Positions 49,843-59,295 of a DNA stretch of 64,000 nucleotides are shown here, one piece after another. A program made the translations under genes and the position numbers. Origin of the DNA: a virus. The notes under the pieces were generated by a model. That model worked only from the letters and a program-made list of their open reading frames with translations, was not told the DNA's origin and did no database searches. Numbering within the stretch: position 1 is the stretch's first letter; each line of letters begins with the position of its first letter. The stretch spans positions 5,389-69,388 of IMG/VR virus record IMGVR_UViG_3300035088_000014; one strand, written 5' to 3'.

Positions 49843-50282
49843 TGGCTGGATCGAAATTCGACTCCCTCCAGCGTGTCGGTTTTAAACGGGCCGTGCTGTT
49901 TGTGGGCAAGCTCACCGAAGTTCCAACCTACATACCGAGGGCATGCCGGATGGTGCTTCTTGGCTTCACACTGGCCCTTTGAGCGGGAAAAAGCATCCAT
50001 CCGAAGGCCGAGCATGTCCTCACCAAACAATCTCACCCGTCCGCCGCCCGTAATGTAACTGCGCTCATCCAGCCTTCCGGGAAACGGTGCCCTCTGGATC
50101 GGCTTCGAGCGCCGCGATCGCGGCTTTCTTTTCTTCCGTAAACTTGCGCCGGCAGAACGGAGAACAGAATTTGTTGCCGTTCTCGTCAACGAACGGGAAC
50201 TTGAGAACGATGTCCTGGCAGTGCGAGTAAGTGCACGCGAATAACTCCTCGTCGGCTTCCATCTGGCTCCTTTCTGGATCAC
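49791..50282 (-). CDS. Basic protein with degenerate HNH-like C-terminus
   Basis: GTGA-coupled start; GQCE..ELAH..HCH; start uncertain. Confidence 0.45.
   Translation of the reverse strand: MIQKGARWKPTRSYSRALTRTARTSFSSSRSLTRTATNSVLRSAGASLRKKRKPRSRRSKPIQRAPFPGRLDERSYITGGGRVRLFGEDMLGLRMDAFSRSKGQCEAKKHHPACPRYVGWNFGELAHKQHGPFKTDTLEGVEFRSSHCHQIMQHASNKPKGVE
50065..50262 (-). CDS. Small Zn-finger protein
   Basis: AGGAG RBS; C..C...FCSPFC. Confidence 0.45.
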   Translation of the reverse strand: MEADEELFACTYSHCQDIVLKFPFVDENGNKFCSPFCRRKFTEEKKAAIAALEADPEGTVSRKAG

Positions 50283-50869
50283 TCCGCGACCTCAACTTCT
50301 TTTTCTTTGTCGCCGTGCTCCGTTGGGACAACGTAATTGGATCCCTCCCCGCTGAGGGTGTTTAATGTGGCTACTGGCCGGATGTTGAAAACCCAAACAC
50401 TTTTTGCTTCGTAGTTTTGCCGTGGGCGAGTCCATCCGGTATTTATTCCGGCGTGTCCGCCCGGTACGTCGGCCACTTTTGTCCAGCCGTCGAAACGGTA
50501 TATGTCACCTTTATGCCTCGCGGCGTTTGCATAGCTCACGTAGGAATGAACCGGCCAATATTTTTCCCAACAGCCAGCCGCTATCTTCCGCCACAAGCGC
50601 AATCCAACTCTGGTCAGGTCGCGGTGATCCGGATGCGAGCAGAGTCGTGCTAGTTCAACGATCTCGCTGCGGTTCAAGCCGCCGCACCTTGCGTTTACCG
50701 TCGAGGCGCTTACTGCAACACAGAGAAGTTCCCCATGTAGGAATAGACCGAAGGACTGACGACCAAACGGACGGTTACAGCCGCCAAGCCAGTGACCCCA
50801 ATCGCGCAGCGCGGTATCTGCCCGTTCGTTGTCGATCAAGTCGAATGCCACAATGGGGAACAAATTCAC
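50279..50869 (-). CDS. Mom-like (GNAT-fold) DNA modification protein
   Basis: ELARLC, SYAN...HKGDIYRFDGW, K.VW. Confidence 0.65.
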   Translation of the reverse strand: MNLFPIVAFDLIDNERADTALRDWGHWLGGCNRPFGRQSFGLFLHGELLCVAVSASTVNARCGGLNRSEIVELARLCSHPDHRDLTRVGLRLWRKIAAGCWEKYWPVHSYVSYANAARHKGDIYRFDGWTKVADVPGGHAGINTGWTRPRQNYEAKSVWVFNIRPVATLNTLSGEGSNYVVPTEHGDKEKEVEVAE

Positions 50870-51117
50870 TCAGCTACCTCGCCGATGTCTGGAAGTTCCC
50901 AGAAGTCACCGATACCCAGAGCCGGTAGCGTGAACTCTTCGCCTTCATTCCACTTCCGTTTTGTCTTCTGGCTCTGCAGCCAGCCGCCTACAATCAGGAA
51001 CTTCAATCCGCCCAGGAACTTCAAGTTGCAGCGGCCTAAAGATTTCGAGTGGAAGTGGTATGTCTCGCCCGGTTTCAACATGCTGGCCGCTATACGCTGG
51101 CCTTCGTTTCTGTTCAC
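50866..51117 (-). CDS. Hypothetical protein
   Basis: GTGA-coupled. Confidence 0.6.
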   Translation of the reverse strand: MNRNEGQRIAASMLKPGETYHFHSKSLGRCNLKFLGGLKFLIVGGWLQSQKTKRKWNEGEEFTLPALGIGDFWELPDIGEVAE

Positions 51118-51389
51118 GCTGCGCTCTCCTTATCGGCAAGCACCCAACTGCGGAATTTTGGAGACTCCTGCACGATGATCCCTTCGCGCTCCAATTCCTT
51201 AATCAAAACCAAGGGAATTTCTTCTGACGACCCACCGGGAAAAGCCGCATACGACATATAAAAGCGCCCGGATGGTTTCAGCTTCGGCCCTTCTCCGGCC
51301 TCGTAAATATGCCGATGTTTTGGCCCTTTTTGTGGATCGGGCAATCCATCAACCTCACGCAATGCTCTGATTAGTTCGTTTCTGTTCAC
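51114..51389 (-). CDS. Hypothetical protein
   Basis: GTGA-coupled. Confidence 0.55.
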   Translation of the reverse strand: MNRNELIRALREVDGLPDPQKGPKHRHIYEAGEGPKLKPSGRFYMSYAAFPGGSSEEIPLVLIKELEREGIIVQESPKFRSWVLADKESAA

Positions 51390-51790
51390 GCTGTTTTCCT
51401 CGTCCTCTTGCGCGCGGCCTGTACGATCTCGATCACACGCGCACACTGCTGTTCGTCAAACTGGCCGATATGACACCGGTCTTCCGGTAGCTGCATCTTG
51501 CGCGAGAGCCAGACGTAGGCGCCGGTACGGCCCCAGCCTCGTTCTTTGATCATCGCGTCAAACTCTTCATGCGCTGCGATACGTGCTTTCTTGCCGGCAT
51601 CATTTGTTGGTACGCCCAGAGGTCTGCCGTCCGGGTGGGCTCCGTGGACCGCGCGGCAATCGGGATACCGTGAGCAGCCCCAAAACTTACGCGGCTTGCC
51701 GTTCGCATAGCTGAAACGCCTGGTCTCCCGGAGATGCATAGGTGAGCTGCATTCCGGGCAGACTGGCGCGATGATGGTTGCTGTGCTCAT
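51386..51790 (-). CDS. Zinc-finger protein (topoisomerase Zn-ribbon / DUF3268-like)
   Basis: CPEC..FWGCSRYPDC..GAHPDGRPLG..AHEEFD..CHIGQF. Confidence 0.8.
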   Translation of the reverse strand: MSTATIIAPVCPECSSPMHLRETRRFSYANGKPRKFWGCSRYPDCRAVHGAHPDGRPLGVPTNDAGKKARIAAHEEFDAMIKERGWGRTGAYVWLSRKMQLPEDRCHIGQFDEQQCARVIEIVQAARKRTRKTA

Positions 51791-51793
51791 GGT

Positions 51794-52942
51794 TTACTTT
51801 TTGGGAAACAAGTCGCCTAGCGGTACGCCCTGTACTTCTGTCTTCTTCTTGGCTGCCGCTTCTTTGCGTTCCTGTAAAACACCGACGACCAACTGCATTT
51901 CTTCCAGCCGCTTGGTTTCTTCTTCCGCCGTACCGCCCAGGCACCACTTCTTGGCCTCTTCCTGGTCGAGCATGTAAATCTGCTCGTGCAGATCCTTGAA
52001 CTGCTTCATGCGGGTCTGTTTGGCTTGCAGGTCGGGAAGTGTTGGCGACTCGTTGTAGCCGGTACGCTGCTGTGGCGCTGCTGGCTCTGGTGACGTGTCT
52101 GAGGCGCGCCTGATGTCTGCGGGTAGGCCAGAGCCACCTGGCTCCACCACGGGCGTCAGGTAGTCGGCAATGGTCGAATTGCCGTCACGGATGGACTTGT
52201 AGATACCACGCAGCTTGGCGATCTCCGGTGGGCTGGCCTCTGCTAGTTTGTGGCCGATGATTTCTTCCAGTTTCGACGGCATGACATTGATTTCCGCGAA
52301 AGCGTCAACGATCTTCTTTCGTTCACCGTCCGGGTCTTGGGCCGCCTTATTTTGCAGTGTCCGGTTGGCCTCACGGCACGCCTCATTAACGTAGTCGGAC
52401 GGAATGAGTTGCAGGATGCAGTTGCGGTATCCAATGGCTGCGCGCCGATTCGTCAGTTCGCGCAGGTCGCGCTCATCGGGTTCTACCCAGCCGCCCTTTT
52501 TGCGGAATATCAATTTGCGGAACGAGTCTTCCTGAATGGTGCGTGCGTTCGATTCCATGTCCCAAGCAAAAGACCGGATCATGCGCGTTTCCTGATCGTC
52601 GCGGATAACTTCAAAGCCATACTGGATGTTGCCCCAGAGCCTTGCGGCCTCACGCGCTAGATAAACCGATGGACCGGCGACGTCCTGACCACCGCGGGGG
52701 AAGTTATACTCGGCATCTTCGGCGAACTCGGTTCGCTTGCATGCCTTAAGAAGTTTGGCCCGGCAGTCGTCTTCATTCCGGGGAAAGCGCTTGGCGACGA
52801 TGATCGCGCCTTGAACTTCCTGCTGCGCTCTTGCGATCGCTGCCGCGGTTCCCATTTCCGCGAGTGCCTGGGGTTGGTGTTTCTCGATTGCAAAGTCTTT
52901 TGGGGCCGCGTCTGTGCGGTTGGTAGATGGTGCTGTTGCCAT
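51794..52942 (-). CDS. Putative recombination/single-strand annealing protein
   Basis: AKRFPR, GPSVYLA...WGN, AWDMESN; lies near the exonuclease; function inferred. Confidence 0.55.
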   Translation of the reverse strand: MATAPSTNRTDAAPKDFAIEKHQPQALAEMGTAAAIARAQQEVQGAIIVAKRFPRNEDDCRAKLLKACKRTEFAEDAEYNFPRGGQDVAGPSVYLAREAARLWGNIQYGFEVIRDDQETRMIRSFAWDMESNARTIQEDSFRKLIFRKKGGWVEPDERDLRELTNRRAAIGYRNCILQLIPSDYVNEACREANRTLQNKAAQDPDGERKKIVDAFAEINVMPSKLEEIIGHKLAEASPPEIAKLRGIYKSIRDGNSTIADYLTPVVEPGGSGLPADIRRASDTSPEPAAPQQRTGYNESPTLPDLQAKQTRMKQFKDLHEQIYMLDQEEAKKWCLGGTAEEETKRLEEMQLVVGVLQERKEAAAKKKTEVQGVPLGDLFPKK

Positions 52943-53019
52943 GGTTTGTTCCTCTCTCGTGTTGTCGGTTGAGTTTAAAATCTGATTTCCTTTTCTTTGT
53001 TACAGTCGTGCTCCGTTGG

Positions 53020-53292
53020 CTATTCAGTGCATGAGTAGTTCTTTGGGCAGGCGGTTCGCCCCTTGCATTGCTCCGGGGTGTAGCAAAACGATAGACACAC
53101 ATCCTTGCTGCCGTCAGTAAATGTGTGCTCGTGTTTGTTGAGGCGCGGTTCGGCTGGGTACGGCAGAATAGTTGCGCTAACAACTTCGCGCTTGCCGAGT
53201 TCCGCAGCCAATGTTTTGGCCTCGGTTTCGTCCTTCGCTTCGACGCATGCCGGGCTTCCGGTTGAAAACTTAATCCAAAATGGTGTTGCCAT
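53020..53292 (-). CDS. Hypothetical Cys-rich protein
   Basis: GAGG RBS; LPYPAEPRL, FCYTPEQCKGRTACP. Confidence 0.7.
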   Translation of the reverse strand: MATPFWIKFSTGSPACVEAKDETEAKTLAAELGKREVVSATILPYPAEPRLNKHEHTFTDGSKDVCLSFCYTPEQCKGRTACPKNYSCTE

Positions 53293-53375
53293 CCGTGTCC
53301 TCGTTTCCTCGTTTCAGATTGTGGGTAGGGACCCAATTACGTTGTTGGTTCGAACCATGCCATTTCAAATAAAAG

Positions 53376-53606
53376 TCAGACCGCCTGCGCGTGCTGCACC
53401 TTGCGGCCTTCGATCTTCTTGCCGCGAATGTTGGCGTTGTACCACTGGCCAGCGCTCTTGGCTGCTTTAAAGTCTTCGTACTGTTCCGGGGTGATTGGAT
53501 AGGCGTAGGTCTTTCCGCCGTTTTTAAAAGTCAGATGGATCTCGCCGTTTTCAAAGCCGTGGTGAGAGAACATCTCGCTTGTGATCGGTGTCATTTCCAT
53601 TTTCAT
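53376..53606 (-). CDS. KTSC-domain protein
   Basis: TFKNGG.TYAY...YEDFKAAKSAGQWYNANIRG; AGGAG RBS. Confidence 0.85.
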   Translation of the reverse strand: MKMEMTPITSEMFSHHGFENGEIHLTFKNGGKTYAYPITPEQYEDFKAAKSAGQWYNANIRGKKIEGRKVQHAQAV

Positions 53607-53884
53607 TTCTCCTTTAAAATTCGTCTTCATCCCATTCGTCATCGGCGTCGCATTCGCCGTTAAGGTGTGGGCAGCTACTCGGTTGCGGGAGCCCGCCACA
53701 ATCGTCCATGTCGCAATAGCACTGCTGCCCGCATCGCTCGCATTCGTGCGCCACGACTATTTCTCCTTCGTTACGTTCTTGCCCGTGGGATTCAAGGGCG
53801 ACAACCTACAAAAAGCGTTGATACATCTACCGTCGGTCAGCGGTGCGCCGCATTCGGCGCATACCAGCTTGGGTTCCTCGACCA

Positions 53885-54727
53885 TCATCCTCTCCGTGGT
53901 GTAGTGATCGGTTCCGCCTTGCAGCCAGCCGCATTAAAACGGCGCTTCATGGATACCGCGTATGTGTTAAGGCCGGCCTGATTCAGCTTGAGTACCGTCA
54001 ACGGTACTTTGCCCGATGCAACGTCCTTGACCAGCAGTAGGAAATTAGCGTCATACTCCTCTGAGCCTTCATCGCCGACAACCCAGCCCTTCCAGCGATT
54101 GCTATCAATCAGCCCTTCGGTCTGTGGCAAGGTTGATTCGACGATTACCGGCGCGCTGAAGACCTGGGCAATCGGCTCGGGTGGCGCGGAGATGATCTCT
54201 TCAGCCAGGGCCACATTGCCGGACTGCTCGGCCTCGATCGCTGCCTGAATGCGGTATTCCTCTTGCCGCTTGCGCTCTTCTTCGCGGGCCTGCTCGTCGG
54301 CAATCGCCTGAAGTCTTCGCTGCTCGGCCAGTCGCTTGCGCTCCGCTTCTTCCTTGAACTGATTGCGCGCATTGCCCAGCAGTTTTTGAACCTGCTCGGC
54401 TGGAGTGTCGCCAGAGTTAAATTTGGCTGATAGTTCGCGGTGAAAGTTGAATCTCCGCGTCAGCTCCGGCCTGAAGGTGGTTTCCAGGTCGTCACGATAG
54501 TCTTTTACTCGGATCAGTAGCTCGCCGGCGCGAGCGTATTCGTCGGCAGTAGTGACCGCGATTTTCAGCTTGACCACTTTGCCGTTCTGGATCTCGGCAA
54601 CGGACTCCAGGAATTGCGTTGTGCGCGCCAGGGCCATACTACGTTTGATTTCTCCGGCGTCGGGACTCTGGATCTCTGGTGCTGCCGGTACGGTGGTTAA
54701 TTGAGTTTCTGCTGGTACGGTGGACAT
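53885..54727 (-). CDS. Conserved phage coiled-coil protein of the recombination module
   Basis: 280 aa, E/R/Q-rich coil. Confidence 0.7.
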   Translation of the reverse strand: MSTVPAETQLTTVPAAPEIQSPDAGEIKRSMALARTTQFLESVAEIQNGKVVKLKIAVTTADEYARAGELLIRVKDYRDDLETTFRPELTRRFNFHRELSAKFNSGDTPAEQVQKLLGNARNQFKEEAERKRLAEQRRLQAIADEQAREEERKRQEEYRIQAAIEAEQSGNVALAEEIISAPPEPIAQVFSAPVIVESTLPQTEGLIDSNRWKGWVVGDEGSEEYDANFLLLVKDVASGKVPLTVLKLNQAGLNTYAVSMKRRFNAAGCKAEPITTPRRG

Positions 54728-54731
54728 AAAA

Positions 54732-55445
54732 TTACCTTCCTTCGTGATTCCTCTTGTCGAGGGTTATGCAAAGCGCTGATTGCCAGACCTGAAGATCATT
54801 CGAGAAGAAGACCTTTGAGTGTGGGTCATCGCTGGTGTAGAGCTTGAAAGCGCCGTCGTCGAATAGCTGCGGAATAATACGGAGCATCGGTGCCGACAAA
54901 ATGCCGCGAATCTGCTCCGCTGTTAATGTCAGCGCGAAACGTCCTGCGCGGATCGCGCCCTTGATTCCTTCCTCATATGCGGCCTCCTGTAACCCCCATG
55001 ACCGCTGACCGGCGCCAGAGGCGTTCTTGATGTCACAGATTACCCAGCGTCTGCCGATCATCCCAATGCTGTCGTACTGCATGCCGTATCGCATTCCCAT
55101 GAACTCGCCGAGCATGCGGCCTTCGTTCACGATGGGTGTATAGCCGGTGTCTTTTCTGAATCTCTTATAGGCTTCAAGACGGCCGTGAATCGTTGGCCAA
55201 GGCTTGGTCTGGGTTTCTTCGTCCAGATCGTTGACGTCCCAGAAGTGACACGCCTGATGGACCAGGCGGCCGATCTGCCGTTTACGCTCAAGAGCTAGCG
55301 GATTTGTTTGTTCGACGATGCTGTAGTTAGAGAACCCGATTTCAGTGAGAACCTGGGTTACCGATGGAATAGCCCTCCCGTTCGAATCGCGGTAGACGTG
55401 ATCCTTCTCATCGAACGTGAACGGGATGGCTTGAGCAGTTGACAT
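54732..55445 (-). CDS. PD-(D/E)XK exonuclease-like protein
   Basis: PSVTQVL, G..VH, E..D..DIK, Q..AY. Confidence 0.75.
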   Translation of the reverse strand: MSTAQAIPFTFDEKDHVYRDSNGRAIPSVTQVLTEIGFSNYSIVEQTNPLALERKRQIGRLVHQACHFWDVNDLDEETQTKPWPTIHGRLEAYKRFRKDTGYTPIVNEGRMLGEFMGMRYGMQYDSIGMIGRRWVICDIKNASGAGQRSWGLQEAAYEEGIKGAIRAGRFALTLTAEQIRGILSAPMLRIIPQLFDDGAFKLYTSDDPHSKVFFSNDLQVWQSALCITLDKRNHEGR

Positions 55446-55649
55446 AAAACTATGAACTTCTCCGTTGCAATTTCTTCCGGCGTCTTTCCTGCCGTTCGCG
55501 CTTCGAGTGTGTTACCCGCAACCGGCCAGTCTGGAAACCCAGACCGTCCAGCGCCCAGGCGCGCAAAGACTTCCATCGCCAAGGGCTTTCTCCGAGGTAT
55601 GGGCTGGCCAGGCCACTCGCAATAGCCAGCAGTGATGGCGCTGGGTTTT

Positions 55650-56036
55650 TCATGCTGTGACCAACTCTCTGGCTTCGGTGGGCTCAGAAACCGCAGGCGG
55701 GGTCGGTTCAACAGAGCGAACGTAGGCCGCAACGTCTTCGATGGTCTTTAAGCCGTCGTGAACCCTGTAGTAAAGCTCGCTGATCTCGGCGACATGTTCG
55801 GCCGTGAGCCACGGCCAGCGCGATTTAATGCACTCCATCTCGGGGATTGGGCTGTAAGTATTTGCTGGTAGTGGAAGAGCCTGCTTGTTAAATTCTTCCG
55901 CCGTGACTCCAGCGGCCAGAAGCGCACCGCCAAGAGCGCAGCCACAGGAACCGTCTCGTGAGAGCCATTCGCCAGGAGTGCCCTTTTTTAGCGTGTCGCC
56001 CAAAATAATCGCGTGTTGCAGTAAAAGTGTTTTCAT
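55650..56036 (-). CDS. Hypothetical protein
   Basis: CGCALGGAL motif; AGGA RBS. Confidence 0.7.
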   Translation of the reverse strand: MKTLLLQHAIILGDTLKKGTPGEWLSRDGSCGCALGGALLAAGVTAEEFNKQALPLPANTYSPIPEMECIKSRWPWLTAEHVAEISELYYRVHDGLKTIEDVAAYVRSVEPTPPAVSEPTEARELVTA

Positions 56037-56131
56037 GATTTCCTTTCCGGTTTGCTGTTTTTGGCCCGTGACCGCTTCGAGTGTTCGACCACGGGCCCTA
56101 TAAGGAGTCTTGATGTTCTGGCTTCATTTGT

Positions 56132-56380
56132 TTATCGCTTTTGCATAGGCGGCGTACCTCCTTCACTGAGTTCGAAAATTTGCTCCAGTTCATCGACTTC
56201 GCGCCAACGTTTCATCGGCCTCATGGTGTCCAAGTCGTACGGAACGGTGGCTCCGCAGTCCAAACACTTCTTGTAGCTGCGCATCACAGCGTGCTCATCC
56301 GGCAGCGTGAACACGCGCGAGAGCTTCTTATGTCGGCAGCGAAACCAGATGCGGTCGAGAATGGAGTCAATGAAACTCAT
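56132..56380 (-). CDS. Small Zn-binding protein of a type I recall from Acidobacteriota
   Basis: CRH..LSRVFT...CLDCG...YD...M. Confidence 0.7.
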   Translation of the reverse strand: MSFIDSILDRIWFRCRHKKLSRVFTLPDEHAVMRSYKKCLDCGATVPYDLDTMRPMKRWREVDELEQIFELSEGGTPPMQKR

Positions 56381-56954
56381 TTGGTCAAAGCTCGATCTAC
56401 GGAGTTAATGGCCTCGGTGATCATTGCGAAGTAGAGCCACGCCATGGCCGCAAACCAGGAACAAGCGATCACCACCGAAGACCAGCAGATACGCTTCACA
56501 GTCCGTACCTCGCTCTCCGCTCTTCCTTGGTTTCATGGAGGAGCTTTCTGCCCTCTCTTGATTGCCAGTACAGGTGCGTGAGGTACAGCGGTTCGTCGGT
56601 GTCCTGAAAGTGCAGGACCTTGCAGTGGAGACAGTGGTAGTAGGTCACCGGCTGCATCTTGACGAGTGCTGGAGCAGGGGCGGCGATCATGCGGCCTTCC
56701 TTTTCCGTAGCCACCTGATGACATCTCCGAAGAACCATCCCGCAAGCAGGGCGCTGCTACCTATCAGGCCATTTGCAAAGGTGGAGTATCGCCACCAAAG
56801 ACCACCCCAAATAATCGCCAAAACAAAACCAATCAGCGTTTTCGTACGATGGCTCATAGCCCCACCACCAGTCCGTAGAACGCAGCGCCGAGCGCGCAGA
56901 AGATGAGAGAAAGACCGAAACCAGCGACGAAGATGAACCAGGGTGATATGCGGT

Positions 56955-57350
56955 TCATTTGCCACCGCCAAGCTGCTGCTCTTCGTCAGGCGAGAGGAAC
57001 GGGTCACACTCATACTGGGCTGGCTTCACAAGGCGGCAGACAACGCTTCGCGCGGCCTTGATCTGGAACTCGCCCCATGGCTGCTTCACGGTGAAATGAA
57101 TCTCGCTCTCGGTAAATCCCTTCTTGCCGGTTCCGAGCGCTTTTGCGGCAGACAGAAATTTATCTTTGTCGCCAGGCCAGAAGGTCATCAACCTGGTTTC
57201 GGTTGGAAATGAGTAAGAAATTTCAAAGGCTGGCCGCGACAAGAGAAAATCGGCAAATGCGTGGATGTTGCGCGCCCAATCGTGGCTTGTTGGTTTTCCG
57301 GACTTCGGCTCCGGTGTGTTCAGGCGGTCTGCGGTGATTTCTGTATTCAT
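56955..57350 (-). CDS. Hypothetical protein
   Basis: ORF 56955-57386, probable start MNTEIT. Confidence 0.6.
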   Translation of the reverse strand: MNTEITADRLNTPEPKSGKPTSHDWARNIHAFADFLLSRPAFEISYSFPTETRLMTFWPGDKDKFLSAAKALGTGKKGFTESEIHFTVKQPWGEFQIKAARSVVCRLVKPAQYECDPFLSPDEEQQLGGGK

Positions 57351-57351
57351 T

Positions 57352-58065
57352 TCAGGAGGCCTTCCTTCCTTTGGTCTTCCACTCACTTCCGGGGCGGCGA
57401 TTGCGACTCTGTTCTGCTTTGCTTGCCCAACGGCAGTTTGTAGGCTCGTAGTTGCCGTTGTTGTCGATACGTTCCAGCGTTAATCCGCTTGGTCTAGGCC
57501 CCATGTCCGCCAAGAAAGACCGGAATGAATTCCATCTTTCGCAAACCGCAATTCCCCTTCCGCCGTAACTAGGGAAATTCTTGTTGTTAGGGTCGTGGCA
57601 TCTCCGACGCATGTTCAGCCAAGAGTTGTATTCCGGAAGCTGCTTAACACCTGGCCAGTTGCTCACTTTTTGCCGGGGCGGCTGGCGTCTTACATGGTTG
57701 AGCATGATTTGCTGGTGAGTTACCACGGCGAGATTTTCCGAGCGCCGGTTGTCTGTTCCGCGATTGTTGGTATGGCCTACTTCTTTGTCCGCTGGCGCAT
57801 TTGTCAGGAAGCGATGCAGGTAGACGCGCCTTCTAGGGCCGTTCCCATATACGGTGGTGTAGGCGTACAACTTAAAGCGCTTGCCATTAGGGTAGGAATT
57901 CGCGACCCGCCAGAATCCGGCAGCCTGGACGCGATCAAGGTCTACGCGGTCGATGGATACTCCGAAGATTAAACCGTGCTTGGCGGGGCAGAAGAGAACG
58001 GCCACACTCGCGCCAACAGCTACGCGGTTGGTTCGGTTCGTTCGGTTCGTTCGGGTGGTTGTCAT
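57352..58065 (-). CDS. Tandem double-HNH protein
   Basis: YLHRF..GH.N....DNRRSENL, then [33 protein letters not shown]. Confidence 0.85.
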   Translation of the reverse strand: MTTTRTNRTNRTNRVAVGASVAVLFCPAKHGLIFGVSIDRVDLDRVQAAGFWRVANSYPNGKRFKLYAYTTVYGNGPRRRVYLHRFLTNAPADKEVGHTNNRGTDNRRSENLAVVTHQQIMLNHVRRQPPRQKVSNWPGVKQLPEYNSWLNMRRRCHDPNNKNFPSYGGRGIAVCERWNSFRSFLADMGPRPSGLTLERIDNNGNYEPTNCRWASKAEQSRNRRPGSEWKTKGRKAS

Positions 58066-58164
58066 GGGGCAGGAACTCCAGTTCTTAGTTAGCTGCGGTT
58101 ACGCTGGGGAGAAATCGACGGGTGGCTCAGGAACCTCAGACTGCGCGACATCTCCCCAACCTCT

Positions 58165-58392
58165 TTATGCGAATCTCACTGTCTCTTCGACCGCGTAATA
58201 GCCCTTCAACGAAAGCATCTGCAGAAGTCTGGTCACGCGGCCAGAATCAAGGCCAGTTTCTTCAACAATCTCTTTGTTTGCCGGTCTCTTGCCGCCACGC
58301 TTCCGGGTCATATCCTTCAGGGCCTCGAAGAACTCGCGCTCTTTTTTGGTGAGTTCGTGCTGCGGCGTCAACTTCTTGGTCGTCTTTTTCAT
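58165..58392 (-). CDS. LexA-N-like winged-HTH regulator without peptidase domain
   Basis: LTKKEREFF...PANKEIVEETGL....V..LL..L..KGY; first gene of the leftward arm. Confidence 0.7.
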   Translation of the reverse strand: MKKTTKKLTPQHELTKKEREFFEALKDMTRKRGGKRPANKEIVEETGLDSGRVTRLLQMLSLKGYYAVEETVRFA

Positions 58393-58430
58393 GGGTACTT
58401 AACGTCCTTCAAGATACCGTGATCGTGCTT

Positions 58431-58459
58431 ACAATATTCCCTTGTTTTCTGCATGTCAA
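58431..58459 (-). promoter_or_regulatory. Leftward sigma70 promoter
   Basis: TTGACA-17 nt-TATTGT. Confidence 0.75.
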
Positions 58460-58490
58460 CAGAAAAAATGCCTTACTGTACAGTTTTTTG

Positions 58491-58519
58491 TTGCAATCAC
58501 TGTTATGGTGTATTACAGT
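58491..58519 (+). promoter_or_regulatory. Rightward sigma70 promoter
   Basis: TTGCAA-17 nt-TACAGT. Confidence 0.6.
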
Positions 58520-58596
58520 CCTCTTGCAACACGGTATCTTGTAGCACCGTGAACGGTGCAGTATTCAGCGTAAGTAGATGAAGGCATGGGAAATAA

Positions 58597-58893
58597 ATGT
58601 CGTGGTGGATGGAAGTACCGGACGATGCGCCAGCACCGAAGCGCGGCGATCTGATTCATTCGGCGGTAGGAACGCGCAAAGAGCGCACTTGGATCATCCT
58701 TCGGTCGGTTCCCACGAAGCGCACCGTGAATCGCCGCTACTCAATACTGAGAGCGCGCTGGTGGGAGTTAGAGCCGGAGATGCGGCTGAAACTATTTAGA
58801 AGCGCTGAGAGAAATGGCGGTCAAGGTGTATGGCACACATGGCCGCTACGGTCTGCCAAGAAGAAAAGACGGGTTCCAAATTTTGGGTTTTAG
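58597..58893 (+). CDS. Hypothetical basic protein
   Basis: 98 aa, first gene after the rightward promoter. Confidence 0.5.
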   Translation: MSWWMEVPDDAPAPKRGDLIHSAVGTRKERTWIILRSVPTKRTVNRRYSILRARWWELEPEMRLKLFRSAERNGGQGVWHTWPLRSAKKKRRVPNFGF

Positions 58894-58922
58894 AGTGTGA
58901 CCGAGAAGAGCAAGGAGAGAAC

Positions 58923-59153
58923 ATGGCAACTCAAGCGCAGCGGAAAATTGAGCGTATTCACCAAAGGTTGATGGATATTAGGGATTCCACACCATCTCGC
59001 AGGGGCCACGTTACAGCGGAAAGAGAATATACGCGGGTCTACATGCGCTCATATCGCATTAGCCGCCTGTCTGATTTTTACGCCGCTGCCGAGAAATACA
59101 GGCATTTTCTCCAAGACGTTAAAGCGAAGAAATCCGGGGAAGAGCTAAGTTGA
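58923..59153 (+). CDS. Small basic protein upstream of integrase
   Basis: AGGAG RBS before MATQAQRK. Confidence 0.6.
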   Translation: MATQAQRKIERIHQRLMDIRDSTPSRRGHVTAEREYTRVYMRSYRISRLSDFYAAAEKYRHFLQDVKAKKSGEELS

Positions 59154-59295
59154 TCAACCAGTTTCCCAAACTCGTAGACCAGAAGGTAGCCGCCGGACTG
59201 TGATGAGAAATAAAGCTATCCACGAAGTCGTTCCTGGTGCTATCTTCAGCGCCGGGACGAGTTTCTGGGTGCCCTCGCGTTCGGAGAATGAAGCG

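Noticed and set aside
58026-58056. GTTC repeats as a GTTC-N7-GTTC LexA box
   Set aside because: Repeat offsets are 4, 5, 9, 13, 14 and 18, never 11; explained by a coding micro-repeat
58500-58518. CTGT...ACAG as an E. coli-type SOS box
   Set aside because: Spacer is 11 nt rather than 8
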